A DNA stretch of 63,112 nucleotides, filler included, from Perkinsus chesapeaki ATCC PRA-425 (lineage: Eukaryota; Protista; Perkinsozoa): the NCBI GenBank assembly GCA_013115145.1. It is 9 parts of 9 records of this genome, joined end to end, with 100 filler letters (N's around TTAATTAATTAA, not from the genome) between each part and the next. Parts side by side here need not be neighbours in the genome. Positions count along the whole stretch, not along the records: positions 1 to 14,052 come from JAAPAO010000763.1; 8 more parts are not named here. The stretch is one strand, 5' to 3'. The notes beneath the pieces are model-generated. The model ran no database searches. It worked only from the letters and a program-made list of their open reading frames with translations, and was not told the origin of the DNA. Position 1 is the first letter of the stretch, and every line of letters starts with the position of its first letter. Of this stretch, positions 1 to 12,159 are shown in pieces. The translations under genes and the position numbers were made by a program.

Positions 1-121
1 CAACCCCTGTTTTCTATGGCATCAACTGTAGAGTTACCGGCACAGATAGAGAACAGAACCGGCCAAGACATGGGAGATCATTATAGTGAATACCATCTCT
101 TTACAATGGACCACAAATTGT

Positions 122-1519
122 TTACGCACTGGGCTTGAGCTCGACGTCAGAATGTTCTGTGGAATAACCGTCGAGTGAAGGATCGGCGGCACCATCCAAC
201 AACTTCCTCTTGAGGAATATCAACGTCGATGCCAAACCCATGGCAGCAACACCAGCACATACGTACATGACACCAGCCAATCCGAGATTAGACTGCATGA
301 TGGGGAAACAGTAAGCACCGATAATGGCACCTACCTTACCCATAGATGCTGAGAAGCCATGGCAAGTACTCTTGACATCGATAGGGAAGATCTCGGAAGG
401 GATAATGAAGGTAGTAGTATTTGGACCGAAATTAGTCCAGAAGAATGTAATAGCGAATATGACCAAGTTCAAGTAAGCATTGGTACTGAACTGAGAGCAT
501 ATCCCCATAATAACATAGAACAGAATCATCATCACGAAACCGAGAACCTGCAATCTCCATCTTCCAAGCTTATCGATGAAGAGGCATGCACAGATATAAC
601 CGGGGAGACCGACAAGTGAGACCACAAAGGCGAACCAAGAGTCGTTCATCACCTTGTCTACACCTTGTCCACCGGGGAACAGCTCGTTAGCTACAACATG
701 CTTGAACTCGCCTGTACCATAGAAAGTAATATCCATGAACATCCAGGAAAGAGAAGTGCCAAGAAGAGGCAAGACGAGAGACCAGATGGTCCTGAAGAAC
801 TTGGCTGCGCGGTCAACAGTGTTTCCATGTCTCTTGCTCTTGGCATCGTTGAAGCTCTCGGACTCCTTTAGGGAGAACCTCAAGTACAACGCAAACGCAC
901 TTGGGAGCACTGCGATGGCTAGAAGTACACGCCATGTCACTTGAAGGGATGCTCCACAACCAATCAAGATCAAAGGCAGCACAGCTGCGGCGACAGCGCC
1001 TAAGCCCTGCATGGAGAAGATACCCGCAGTAACACGACCACGTGTAGCGGCCGACGACCGCTCAGAGGCCATAGCAGCTGATAAAGGGTATTCTCCACCG
1101 ATACCAAAGCCGAGCACTAAACGGCATAGGAAGAGCTGATATGCCAGAGGGAACGCTTCGGACCTCATACAGCAAGCCGACGCAATAGAGCCAACCACGA
1201 CCAAGGAACCAGTGCACATGATAGCTAAGCGACGACCAACTTCATCACCGATAATACCGAAGAATATCATACCAGCAACAGCACCTATAGATGTAGCCGA
1301 TGCAATCAATCCTTTGGTACTCTCATCCAGACCGATGCCTTCGCCATCGAAATCTTGGAGTTCACCCAAGATGGATAGCACTATATCGATAACAAACATA
1401 TCATAAGCGTCGGCAAAGAAACCAGAACCGAGCTTCAAGATGAGCGGGAAGTTTTCTTTGAAAACCGCGAAGGTACTCTGGGACTTAACCTCGACATCAG
1501 GCTTGGTAGTCGTTGCCAT
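122..1519 (-). CDS. MFS inorganic phosphate transporter, PHO84/PHT1 family (copy 1), intronless
   Basis: 465-aa ORF with about 12 hydrophobic segments, N-terminal GFFADAYDMF, and the family motifs GFGIGGEYPLSA and NFGPNTTTFIIPSE. Confidence 0.93.
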   Translation of the reverse strand: MATTTKPDVEVKSQSTFAVFKENFPLILKLGSGFFADAYDMFVIDIVLSILGELQDFDGEGIGLDESTKGLIASATSIGAVAGMIFFGIIGDEVGRRLAIMCTGSLVVVGSIASACCMRSEAFPLAYQLFLCRLVLGFGIGGEYPLSAAMASERSSAATRGRVTAGIFSMQGLGAVAAAVLPLILIGCGASLQVTWRVLLAIAVLPSAFALYLRFSLKESESFNDAKSKRHGNTVDRAAKFFRTIWSLVLPLLGTSLSWMFMDITFYGTGEFKHVVANELFPGGQGVDKVMNDSWFAFVVSLVGLPGYICACLFIDKLGRWRLQVLGFVMMILFYVIMGICSQFSTNAYLNLVIFAITFFWTNFGPNTTTFIIPSEIFPIDVKSTCHGFSASMGKVGAIIGAYCFPIMQSNLGLAGVMYVCAGVAAMGLASTLIFLKRKLLDGAADPSLDGYSTEHSDVELKPSA

Positions 1520-2119
1520 GAAATACGAAAATAAACAAATAAAAGGGTCTACTACAGCGATAAATCTAGCAAATCTTTCATTCCCAACCTTAGCTGAACT
1601 CTACCACGTACCGCTCAAATGCCAGCAAGCAGCTCAAATGACACCAATAAATCAAGCGATGTCCACACAATGGAGAAGGATATTGCACTATAATAAGCGC
1701 TTGCGTTCCAACTAGCTCTCACACAAAACGGGACATTTCCGGAGGAGCTAAGTATAATTAAGAAGCGGTAGCGCGGATTGTGTCCCCTCATACACAACGC
1801 AAAACATCATCATCCTTCACCATTCGAAAAGCTACGAGAACATGACGAACGGTTAGTACAGGGCTGACTGAGACTAAATCTCAAAGGGTCTCTGGACCAG
1901 GCGTGCTGGGCACCATCGAGGCCTTTCTAATCTTCCAACTATATGCTACCGATCAGTCAACAAAGCCGTCGCCAATCCAGCAGGAGAGATAAGGCAATAA
2001 GCCATCTCGGAAAATATGAGGTTGCAGCGTCGACGGCGCCAGGAAAGCGGAGATAAACGTACACAAATGAATAAATAGTTTAGCCTTCGGGGTGGTGAGG
2101 AGCTTCCGGATGCGCCTGT

Positions 2120-3535
2120 TTACAGCCCTTCGACGCTGTTCCCATCTGAGGAGTCACGCGTCGAAGGACAGCCGCTAAACGTCCCCTTAGGTTTCGTCAT
2201 CCCAGCGTCCTCCACCATACGCCTTCTAAGAAAAGCCAAGGTAGAAACAAGGCCCGCAGCTGCCACAACAGCGCAAACATACATCACGCCATCTAGTCCT
2301 ATTTTAGCTTGGAGCGTTGGGAACGAGTAAGCGCCGATAATAGCGCCGACTTTACCCATAGCCGCAGAGAAGCCATGACACGTGGTCTTGACCTCAGTGG
2401 GGAATATTTCTGATGGTATAATAAAGGTAGTTGTATTAGGTCCAAAATTAGTCCAGAAGAATGTAACCCCAAATACGACTAGATTTAGATACGCATTGGC
2501 ATTAAATTGAGTACATAATGCCATAACTACATAGAATATTATCATCATTATAAAGCCAATAACTTGTAACATCCATCTTCCTAGTTTATCTATAAAAATA
2601 CATGCACATATATAACCAGGAAGAGCAATGAATGATATTATCATTGCGAATATTGCTGCATCAATAACTTTCTCGTGACCATTCTCTTGCGGGAAGAGCG
2701 AGTCAGAAACGGCGTGCTTGAACTCACCGGTCCCGTAAAATGTAATATCCATGAATAGCCAAGACAAAGATGTCCCAATCAAGGGCACTGCCACCAGAGC
2801 GAGGGTTTTCATCAAAGCCTTCACACGTGACACAGGGTTAGCTGGAGCCCGGCTTTTAGCCTGGCTGAAGACAGCCGACTCTTTAAGACCAAATCTAAAG
2901 TACAGGGCTACTGCACTGGGAAGAACCGCGATCCCCAGCAGAAACCGCCATGTGAAGTGCATAGAAGCCCCGGCGTATAGGAAAATCAAAGGGAGGATGG
3001 AGGCGGCCAACATACCGACTCCTTGCATTGAGAAAACACCAGCTACAACTCGGCCGCGAGCATCGCTTGACGCGCGTTCAGAAGCCATAGCGGCCGAAAG
3101 CGGGTATTCACCACCGATGCCAAAACCAAGTACCACACGACATAAGCAAAGCTGGCTGGCTAAGGAAAACGTCTCTGACCGTTGAACACATGCAGAAGCT
3201 ATGGATCCGACCATGACAAGGGCACCGGTACATATGATAGAAACACGACGACCGAAGTAGTCCCCAATGATACCGAAGAAAATCATTCCCAAAACGGCTC
3301 CAGCGGAGGTAGCCGCGGCAATGAGCCCCTTAGTCTCCGCATTGAGGCCCAGCCCCTCAGGGTCCTCGAGCTGAAGCTCGTGTAGAATAGCAAGCACAAT
3401 ATCAACAACAAACATATCGTAGGCATCGGCAAAGAAACCCGAACCAAGTTTAAGGATTAGAGAACCATTCTCTCTGAACACGTCGATGTTGCTCTTCGGG
3501 GTAACATCGCGACTGTAAATTTTCGTTTCTGACAT
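2120..3535 (-). CDS. MFS inorganic phosphate transporter, PHO84/PHT1 family (copy 2), intronless tandem paralogue
   Basis: 471-aa ORF with the same motifs, colinear with copy 1 over its whole length. Confidence 0.93.
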   Translation of the reverse strand: MSETKIYSRDVTPKSNIDVFRENGSLILKLGSGFFADAYDMFVVDIVLAILHELQLEDPEGLGLNAETKGLIAAATSAGAVLGMIFFGIIGDYFGRRVSIICTGALVMVGSIASACVQRSETFSLASQLCLCRVVLGFGIGGEYPLSAAMASERASSDARGRVVAGVFSMQGVGMLAASILPLIFLYAGASMHFTWRFLLGIAVLPSAVALYFRFGLKESAVFSQAKSRAPANPVSRVKALMKTLALVAVPLIGTSLSWLFMDITFYGTGEFKHAVSDSLFPQENGHEKVIDAAIFAMIISFIALPGYICACIFIDKLGRWMLQVIGFIMMIIFYVVMALCTQFNANAYLNLVVFGVTFFWTNFGPNTTTFIIPSEIFPTEVKTTCHGFSAAMGKVGAIIGAYSFPTLQAKIGLDGVMYVCAVVAAAGLVSTLAFLRRRMVEDAGMTKPKGTFSGCPSTRDSSDGNSVEGL

Positions 3536-4197
3536 CTAGTTGAAGACCGATGCTCAAACGGTCCTGGGAACTAGACAATAGCTATGAGTCAGCGTAGGAA
3601 GAAGAAAAGATTCCTTGTTCATGCGTGCACAGGATTTCTGCGCGCGCCACATTTTGAGCAGGCAATTGAAATTCTTCCCGCCTGCAAGGCCTCCAGTACA
3701 ATCCCACTTGGAATGTCGGTTGCCGGCGTCTTTCGGCAGCGCTTTCCCGGATATCGTGTCCGTATCCACGAGATTCACGGGCTTCCGAGGTATCCAATCC
3801 CTAGCACCGCCTTTCGAGATTCTGTTTAGCACTGCCAAGGATATTCACATTAAACTAGTATGCGGAAGAGGAGTAGAAGATAAGGTAAGTAATAGGACCT
3901 TGCTCGAAATGTTCCTGAGTGGTCAGTGATACCACTAACAGTATCATGTACTATTCGAATTTGAACTGCTTGCTCTCAACCACGTCATACGTGCCCCTGG
4001 GATGCACATGGGTTAAGCGAAGACTGAGGAGCGAAAGGTTACAATCCCGCCCCCCCCCCTCTCCCGCGCAAAAAGTCATAAACCTATCGTGCTGGTGCGA
4101 AATCCCAATCCTGTGGAACCTTCTTAGCAGAGCGCGCGTCGCATTAGAAATTTTTAATTTTCCCCCTAAAGATGTACACACTCCTCAGTATCCTTAA

Positions 4198-5647
4198 GTG
4201 AATTTATTCCTCTTGCTGTTACAGACGTCATCAGCGTCAGTGCCGGTCGAAGCAGGGAAGGCTGTAGTGGAGAAGACTTTTACACTAGCAGTACAACAAG
4301 CCTGCCAATTCTCAAATATATACGATCGAACAGGATCACCGCCTGGACGTCAATATTTTCATACTCGGAACACCGCCGAATGGAGGGTCGGCAGGCGCTG
4401 CTGCAGCTGACGTCTCTGGGATACGCAATTTGAGTGCATACGAAAACGTTTGCGGCTGTCATTTGGTCCTCGCTGATCTCATTAATTCTCCAAATCCACG
4501 GTGGACAGCCCTGCGAAGCCAAGACGTACGTCTGTCCTACGAGGACTTCACTAGCTGCTATCTAAGGTTCTTGGTGAGGTTCGCGACTCGGGTGCTATCG
4601 AAGAGCCGTCACTGGAAGGTCCCCGAGTAGCCTCCCGGACTTAGACTTTTGACATTACTACTTCAGATGTCGTTTACTGTTGAGCGCTGCAGCTTGCTTG
4701 TGGGGACATCGGAGGAAACGTGGAAGTCGACCAGCTTCGCAGGCAGACAGTCACCGGTTGATTCCGCCAAGGCAACCGCTCGAACTTACTCAAACTCGAT
4801 TCTAAATTCCTTTTTTGCTGTTATCGGTGGCACTATCTACCGTTTAATCACCGAAGGCCAGCGGTGTAGTATTCTACATCGCCTTCGTTGGCTGGCTTGT
4901 GATTTTTCGTGCTCGTAACTGGAATGAGACGCTCGGTAATAATACCACACTTCCCTCAACTTGTAGGATGAGGAAGGCATTGAGTCGTCTCATCAAGAGC
5001 TATGCGCCGCGAATGCCAGTGTCAATGCTGGTGGTCCGAACAGGAATCAAACTGAAGTGGCGGTCGGGTACGTTGATGATATAATAGATCGAGGCCTCGA
5101 GGATATGCAGCGACGATTGGGGTGTTGTAGTAAAGGGGAGCTTGGCAAGCTTGTGAGGTCAGTTGGGGGAGTAAATACTAGTGTGAGCATCGAGGTTCTC
5201 AAAGCACTTCGTAACGGCTCGTATATGTCAACTGACCAGGACCTAGAAGGTTTGGGAAAACGCGTGGTGGTTGTTGAGGATCCTGTAACTGCAGCTGTTA
5301 TCGAGAGCTATAATAGAAGTAATATAGCCGAAGCTGCGTGAGGTTGCCCTCAGCGAACTTCTAGTGACCGCAGTTGTGACGGGATGAATGCCCAGTGGCG
5401 TGTGTGTCCTGTCTTAGACACTGACAGGCTACTCGCAAGTACTGCTATTATCCGGGGCCTGCTAGAAGGTGAAGATCAAGAGGAACAGTACCAGTATTTC
5501 ATGGCCAAGCATTCTTCCCATGTCCAGCAGTGTGGTAATTTAATTCACCGCCTTTCAGTCCAGAGTCAGGTGGCTGAAGCTGCTGGGACAGAAAACTCAC
5601 AGAGCGTCCCTTCTCTGGGCGGGCAACGGCAGAAAAATCGCCGGTGA
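4198..5647 (+). CDS. Probable multi-exon hypothetical protein
   Basis: Chain of open segments separated by short GT..AG intron-like stretches (e.g. ~4628-4667, ~5340-5376). No family recognised and boundaries uncertain. Confidence 0.35.
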
Positions 5648-5672
5648 TGATGTAATAGCGGTTCGCAGGGGG

Positions 5673-6053
5673 GTGACACTTAAGGGTCTGCTCCACAAAG
5701 AAATGGTGAAACTCAAGCTGCGCAGGCTTCTATTGTGCGAGACTTCATTCTGGATTGGCTCACTTCTTCAGGTAGTCTCTTGCGCTGTAGCTGTTAAGAT
5801 TGTAAGAGATCTTCGAAGAGTCTCGGTGGGCACGCGTGCGGAAGGATCGGAGGAGGAAGAGGAGGGAGAACAGATTGTGTCTGCCAAGTGGGAGCGGGAT
5901 AGGGTTACCTTCTGCCGTGCCTTCATCACCACCGACCTCAACACCGAATCACATGCACTAATGCGTGCTGAGTCTCGTGAAGTTGCAGAATGGGCGCCTC
6001 TCAAAATGCCAGGAATAATCAGCCACCTACGGGACTCGAGGCTTATTCGCTAA
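5673..6053 (+). CDS. Hypothetical protein with acidic patch
   Basis: 126-aa ORF containing EEEEEGE. No recognisable domain. Confidence 0.3.
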   Translation: MTLKGLLHKEMVKLKLRRLLLCETSFWIGSLLQVVSCAVAVKIVRDLRRVSVGTRAEGSEEEEEGEQIVSAKWERDRVTFCRAFITTDLNTESHALMRAESREVAEWAPLKMPGIISHLRDSRLIR

Positions 6054-6241
6054 AGTGAGATTGAAAACCTCCGGGGGAAATATGAGTTTTGGAGAAGGTG
6101 GGATCTCTTTGTCGGGGTAGACGTCCGTTGTCATATCACTAGAGCAACTCTTTCGCCCCACGCTGGCGACGCGCAATAAATATTTCTTTTTAATTCCGGC
6201 TTCTTAGGCTTCGCAGCGGAGCTAGTGTAGCTCTCTCACGC

Positions 6242-6716
6242 ATGTTCTTGCTTATTGTAATGTTATCTGATGATGAAGAGGTTACCTGGGACGCCACGGA
6301 CGATAGTCTGACCGTGCTGGGAGAGGAAAAGGCAGCGGAGCAACCTTGGCGGTTGGCAGCAGCGACCCTGCTAGGCCTTCAGGTAACCGAGGAGAGCTCG
6401 ACTATTTATAACCCTGTCGCCTAAGGCCGGGGTCAACATACTGTTGGAGGAGGACACAGCCGAACCCTCCGGCAATCGTTCGGCTAGTAAAGCGTTGCAC
6501 ATGCTGACACATGTGGAAGGGATTGCCGAGGAATCTCTGAAGTGCATCAAGAATGATATGCACCAGCTCCACCAGGTGAGCAACGGATGAGCATTCTTGC
6601 ATAGTTCTCCTCAGGAGCTGATACTTCTGCGTACAGAGAGAGACATCGAAGCCCGTATTCGCGAGTCACAGGCGAAGCTAGAGAAGGCTGGAGCCTTGCT
6701 GTCTGACTGTGGCTAA
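6242..6716 (+). CDS. Small 3-exon hypothetical protein
   Basis: Splicing two short GT-AG introns gives a continuous reading MLSDDEEVTW...LLGLQ|AGVNILLEE...HQLHQ|ELILLRTERDIEARIRESQAKLEK...DCG*. Confidence 0.5.
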
Positions 6717-6855
6717 GCCATGCTCGACATGGGTGGCGCACTGCCGTTTCTATAAGACTGGCTTGACTTGTCAAATTGTGGGAGTTGGCGTACACACCGA
6801 AAGGCAGGAAGGACGCGTAGCTTGACGGCACATATAGATGTCCTAGCTCTCTGCT

Positions 6856-8908
6856 ATGGGACCGCCTAAAGTAACATTTTCCGAACCAAACGCCTCCACG
6901 AGAAGGCATAATGCTGTGAGTTGTGGGGTGGACTCGTCCGGACAGAACCCATGGCAGTTAACGACACGCATTCCCGAACAAACCGGAAGGCTAGAGCAGC
7001 AGCAAAACCAGCAGCGACTCCAGGGACCAAAGAAGAAAGGTGTGTACAGCATTCGCCAGATTAATTGATCACTTCTCCTGAGCAAGATACCTCAGAGGGC
7101 AAATTGCCTATTTGCGAACGGACATGGTTCAACGCAATGATGGGAGGCATTATAGTTATCAACGCCCTTCTCATCGGTGGGAGGCTGGCTCCTGGGAGAG
7201 AGGACGGCTACGATCTCAAGTCTCAGGTGTTCAGACCGATGCTGAGAACCCCGACCATCTCATCTTCGAAGCTGCGAACATTTTGTTTATTTTTATTTAC
7301 ACAGCTGAGCTTGCCACCAGGATATACTATAATAGGGGCGAGTTCTTCAATAGCTCCTTCAACATCTTCGACTGTATCCTCGTCATCAAGGCGATCCTCG
7401 AGACATTCATCCTCGCCAACTCTGCCTTGAAGTCCCTCACGAGCCTCCGACTCGTTCGAATGATTCGCCTCATCAGACTTGTCCGCCTTTTGAAACTCTT
7501 CCGGGAACTTTGGCTCGTTATTACCGGAGTAACCAGAATGCTGAAAACCCTGGCCTGGGTGGCCACGCTGTTGCTGTCACTCACCTGGATCTGCGCAATC
7601 CTTCTGCGCATGCTCCTAGGCCAGTCTCAAGCCTGGTCCTTCGTAAGCCGCACAACTGCTCAGCCTTATGAGTTCTTTGATCCATACGAGTACTTTGGCA
7701 CTCCTTGGGCGGGCTCCTTCACACTTTTCCAAGTGACAACCAAGGATCACTGGACGGACAGCGTGGCCCGCCCAGTGTGCGAGACCTACCCCGTCATGTG
7801 GCTCTTCTTTCTCCCGTATCTATTCATGACGGCATACGCTATTCTCAACATAATGCTGGCAACAATCGTCAATAACGCCATCGACGCCTCCAAGGTGACG
7901 GCGGGGTCACATTAACGCGCAAGGATTCGCGGGTCAGGCCAACGACGCGCAGTTGAAGTTGCAGAAGTCCCGAACACACGCTAAAGTGATGCTCAAGTTG
8001 AGAAGAATCTTCGAGGAGATTGACATCGATGAGAGCGGCAGCTTAGACAAAGAGGAACTAAAAGTGCGGCGCCAGACCATCCTATGGCCGCGTGCTTCCC
8101 GAATAGGCTTACATTGTCAGCGAGCGAAATCTCACGTGGCTCAAGCTTCTTTCCGACCTTAGGAGGCGGCCGAGAACCCTAAGATAATATCTCTCTTAGC
8201 CGAGATCAACATGCCTGCGAACGACCTGGCTCGGGTTTTTGAGCTACTAGACGCCGATGGTGATGGTGAAGTTGATCGAGATGAGTTCCTGAAGGGCTGC
8301 GCTAAACTACGAGGTGAAGTGGTAGCTCCGCTGTCTCATTGTCAACGCATCTTAGGGGGGCCAAGCTTACGAGATGTGAACCGGATACCCATTTTGATCC
8401 GCTCGTTATCGTCTCGTATTGATTGGTATGAGAAGAAAGTAGACGGACTCATCGACGAGGTCGCCTTCTAAGCGCTGCAACCGCATGCTGGCTCTCAGGT
8501 ATATGCCTTGCTCGAATCCAAAATGCATGAGGCCGGTCTCACAACGAACTTTTTGCACCATCGGCAGGGTTATCTTCCTCTTTCCGGCGACTCGTGGAAG
8601 ATCGATGTCAGGTGCTGGTGCAGCTGACCGAATCAACGGGATCGATGCAAATGCGCTGGAAGCTCTAAGGAAGCAAGCTCTCCGGCGAGGGATTGGCAAG
8701 GAGGAAAATGTCCGGCGTTGCTCTTACGCTTGTCGGAACTACTGCTCAGGAGTACGGAGTTAACCTCAATGAAGTTAGGATAGACAGGGAACACATACCT
8801 TTCTCTTTGCCACTTGGAAGCGAGAATCTTCTGCGAGCACTGCCGTCCATGAGAGTGCCGCAGGGCAGGTCCAGAAATCAGTTGATGTCGGCTAGAACGG
8901 TAATCTAG
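6856..8908 (+). CDS. Single-domain (6-TM) voltage-gated cation channel with C-terminal EF-hands (BacNav/CatSper/EukCat-like), multi-exon
   Basis: S4 SLRLVRMIRLIRLVRLLKLFR with R/K every third residue. Pore helix and filter FTLFQVTTKDHW..VARP. S6 ends AILNIMLATIVNN. EF-hands DIDESGSLDKEE and DADGDGEVDRDE. 3' end approximate. Confidence 0.88.
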
Positions 8909-9504
8909 CTAGCTTATCTGCAGGGGAGTGCTGTACAGGATGGAGATAACACCACCGAGCCTTGCGTCGTGCATCTGCCGATATTGCCGCCCTCTTCGAG
9001 GCTTGCCCAACTTATGTCCACGCGGGAGGTAAACCTGTTGTGGAATTCTTATGTCTGGGTCACTGCTTGGGCTCATGAATTCGCGAGTATAAGAGCAGCC
9101 CCCTTCAGAGTGTTTCTTGCCCCCTTTCGATTGAGTTCTGGTTACTTTGTATTTTCCCATCCTGCGCTGAGCTTGTGACCCATTACTGCGTGCCGGTGGC
9201 CAATGAGCACTCAGGTTCACCGTCAGCGAGATACAGTCGACTGTGGTCATTTCGGACACCTTCCAGACGCCCCACATAGACCACAGACCGCAGAAACGGA
9301 CGAGTGCGTCTTCTGGCCGCGCTACTCTTATTATCACTTTCGCAGGTTACCCGGAACGGTCCGGTCCTATGACTCAACTACCACAGACAGTAGTTAATTC
9401 CGAGACTAGGTTCAACGGCGCTGAAAACACTTGTCTCTAGAACGAAACTGAATGAGTTTTCACAGGCTGGGCAAGCTAACAGGCTCTCAGGTCTTGTAGA
9501 ACTT

Positions 9505-11127
9505 ATGTCCAAATCTCGTCGGCGCAAATTCAAGTCTCCCTTCAGCAGCGAACAGTCCTGCTATGAGGCTCTCAGTGCAGGCTACTCGCACTTCGACGAG
9601 TCTCTCGCCAATAGGGTATCATCACCGAGAAGAAGGGAACATCCTTTTATTAATTTCCAGGTACTTTCCCTCCATTCGCTGTCTGGAGGCAACAAGCAGT
9701 TGCTCGTGAAGAACACAGAGGGGGCTGATGCCATTACCGTGCCGATCTTTGAGCAGGAGCATACACCGGATACCGTGGGTGCCTTCACAGTGGAATTGTT
9801 GTACGTTCGCGGTTTCCCTCAGGAATTTACTGTGGACCTTGCAGACGTATCCGCGTTAGTGAGCCTCCTCAATGCTCCTAGGGGAACTTCAAGCAGTGAG
9901 AGTGATACAGACCGAGAGACGCGCCTCTTGTATCATTTGCGGCGGATGAATCGAAGCGCCGTCGAAGGTGAGCACATCGATGCGTAGGTCTTGGTCCTCT
10001 CATGCTACAGGCCTTTGCGTCCGCTTTTATCGAGCAATGCGAAGTCACCCTGCAGTGGTGGAGTTTATCCAATGCCCTGTTCCATGCGAGTAAGCCCAGA
10101 GTTGACGAGCAATGACGAGCAAGTCAGATATTTCTATTAGGCAAAAACAGAGTATGCACCGAAGCCAAAAGTCACCACAAGCCAGCCCAACAATGGTGCC
10201 AGCTAAAATAGCATCGCCCGGATCCACGGCATCTAACGTGCATGAACGCTCTCATGCCGCCGAGTCTGAGGTCACTCCTCGCCGCATATTGGGCACAAGA
10301 GCCGAGTGTGATCGGATATTTAACAGACTTTACTCCGATGCTCTCAAGCAGCGTGAGCGGAAAGTCGCAAGCGCGGAACGACAGAGGCAAGAAGAACAAC
10401 GAAAGCAGGCGACCGAGTGCTCGTTCACACCAAAAATCATTGATAGCGAGCCCAAGCTGCACCGAAGTCGGGCAGCTGCAGCTAGTCGAAGGCTCTTTGA
10501 AGATGCTAACGAACGGCAATATCGACGGCTCTTCATCGAGCAAGGATCCTGTCATCATTCCAAGCCTCGGGCGTTCCTACCGTCAAAGTCCACGAGCTCC
10601 ATTTCTGATAGGCTCTATGGGCAAGCCGCCGTCATACGGCAGAAACGAGCCGAGCTGGCGTCAAAATTTGTGTCTACCTTTAGCCCGGATTGCTCGAGGA
10701 GCAGGAAATCTTTCGGTACATTGGTACATAAGTATCCCCGAAATGACCAAGAAGTCGTAGACAATGCTGCATATGAGCGTGAACAGGGCGGGTAAGCTTC
10801 TTATGAGATCATGATAATCTCATTACCCCGTCTTGTATCTGCCTACTTGTCAGGCCTGATAGCGACTTCGACCTTGGGGTTGTGGACGTTGGCGGGTAGG
10901 CTTTGTCACTTCCATCCCGCATCGTGGTTGGGGAAGTTTTAGTACCTGCTCTCAGGGCCGACTCCGTACCATCACTCGGCGAATCAAAGTACATGAGTTT
11001 CGACGACCAGTTGTCAGACGGCATGAGCGACGCTGCGCTGGAAGCGTATCGGTTGCTGGGAGAAATGCAGCACTCTGAGTTCGGCGCCGCTGAGTCCGTG
11101 TCGTCGGTGGAGATAATCACATTGTGA
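9505..11127 (+). CDS. Hypothetical multi-exon protein(s) with RLY/RLF coiled-coil motifs
   Basis: ORFs 9505-9987, 10112-10795 and 10903-11127 on the same strand with intron-sized gaps. Repeated FNRLYSDA / RRLFEDA / SDRLYGQA motifs and an FTPKI motif. Confidence 0.5.
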
Positions 11128-11231
11128 CCATTGCGCATCATGAAGTTCGATGTCTAACATATTCTCAGTCTTGCGTTCGTGAAATAGAGTAAGTGGACGT
11201 TTCGGGTAGAGGCTAGAGGCATTGCCCGTCC

Positions 11232-12006
11232 ATGTCCGAACCGAGAGGCTCCCACGCCATGTCAACTCGTCAGAGCGTTTCAGTCACAAGCTTCGGCGTC
11301 ACAGATCTCCACATAGCTGCATACCGAAATGACGCAGCTAGGGTTGAGGAACTCCTGGAGTAGTTTAATGTTATCCTGGCATCTCTCAAAGCTCTGTCAG
11401 GAAATCTGCCGATCCTAATGCTGAGGACTTAGCCAAGGTCACCCCTCTACACGCCGCCTGCCAGCGTACACATGTCGCCTGTTGCGGCCACGCTATCCTC
11501 GCTTTGTAGAATCAGACAGCTACGACGTTGTTCGGATACTTCTGCGTTTCCGATGTGATGTTCGTAAGAGAGATAGCATCGGCCACACGCCTTTGCATTG
11601 GGCAACTTTCGCAGGAGAGTGTCAAACTGTCAGACTGCTTCTTAGTGTGTAAGACTGGTATGTCATGCAGTTTCGGCTCGGCATGCCGTTGCCTGCTTCA
11701 GGGACGGTGGCAGCGATGCGGCTAGGATCGAAGATGTTACGCGTTCTACGCCACTAGACATCGCCGAGAGGTTGAACTATAGAGAAATTTGTCAAGAGCT
11801 TAAAGCCACACTGCGTGCAACGGAAATGGTGCCCCTTTCTCCGTGTTATTGAGATGATCATCTTGCTTCAGTCTCGGCCGGCACCAGCAGTTATAACTCA
11901 AGCTTATCGCGATGGAGTTGTGGCCGCGCGACGGAGTCGCGAGAAGATGATGTTATCTACGAAAAGGTGGCGTCCGCAGAGAGAATGGCGCCCTACGTCT
12001 GTTTGA
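11232..12006 (+). CDS. Ankyrin repeat protein, multi-exon
   Basis: Spliced reading gives TDLHIAAYRND..., DPNAEDLAKVTPLHAACQ, DVRKRDSIGHTPLHWATFAG, TPLDIAE, which are ankyrin TPLH consensus repeats. Confidence 0.85.
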
Positions 12007-12159
12007 ACTAACTGCATAACTTTACTAATATGTTAATCTTCGAGCTGGAGCAACAACCGATCTGTTGAGTTCGATTCGAGTACAAACTCTCTAACGGAAG
12101 TCCAACAAACTCGTCCACAAGAAACGCAATGATCGTTAGCATGCATACAGATCTGAGAA

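Noticed and set aside
5057-5341. GYVDD as a reverse-transcriptase YxDD motif
   Set aside because: No other RT motifs in the flanking exons. It sits in an ordinary spliced hypothetical gene.
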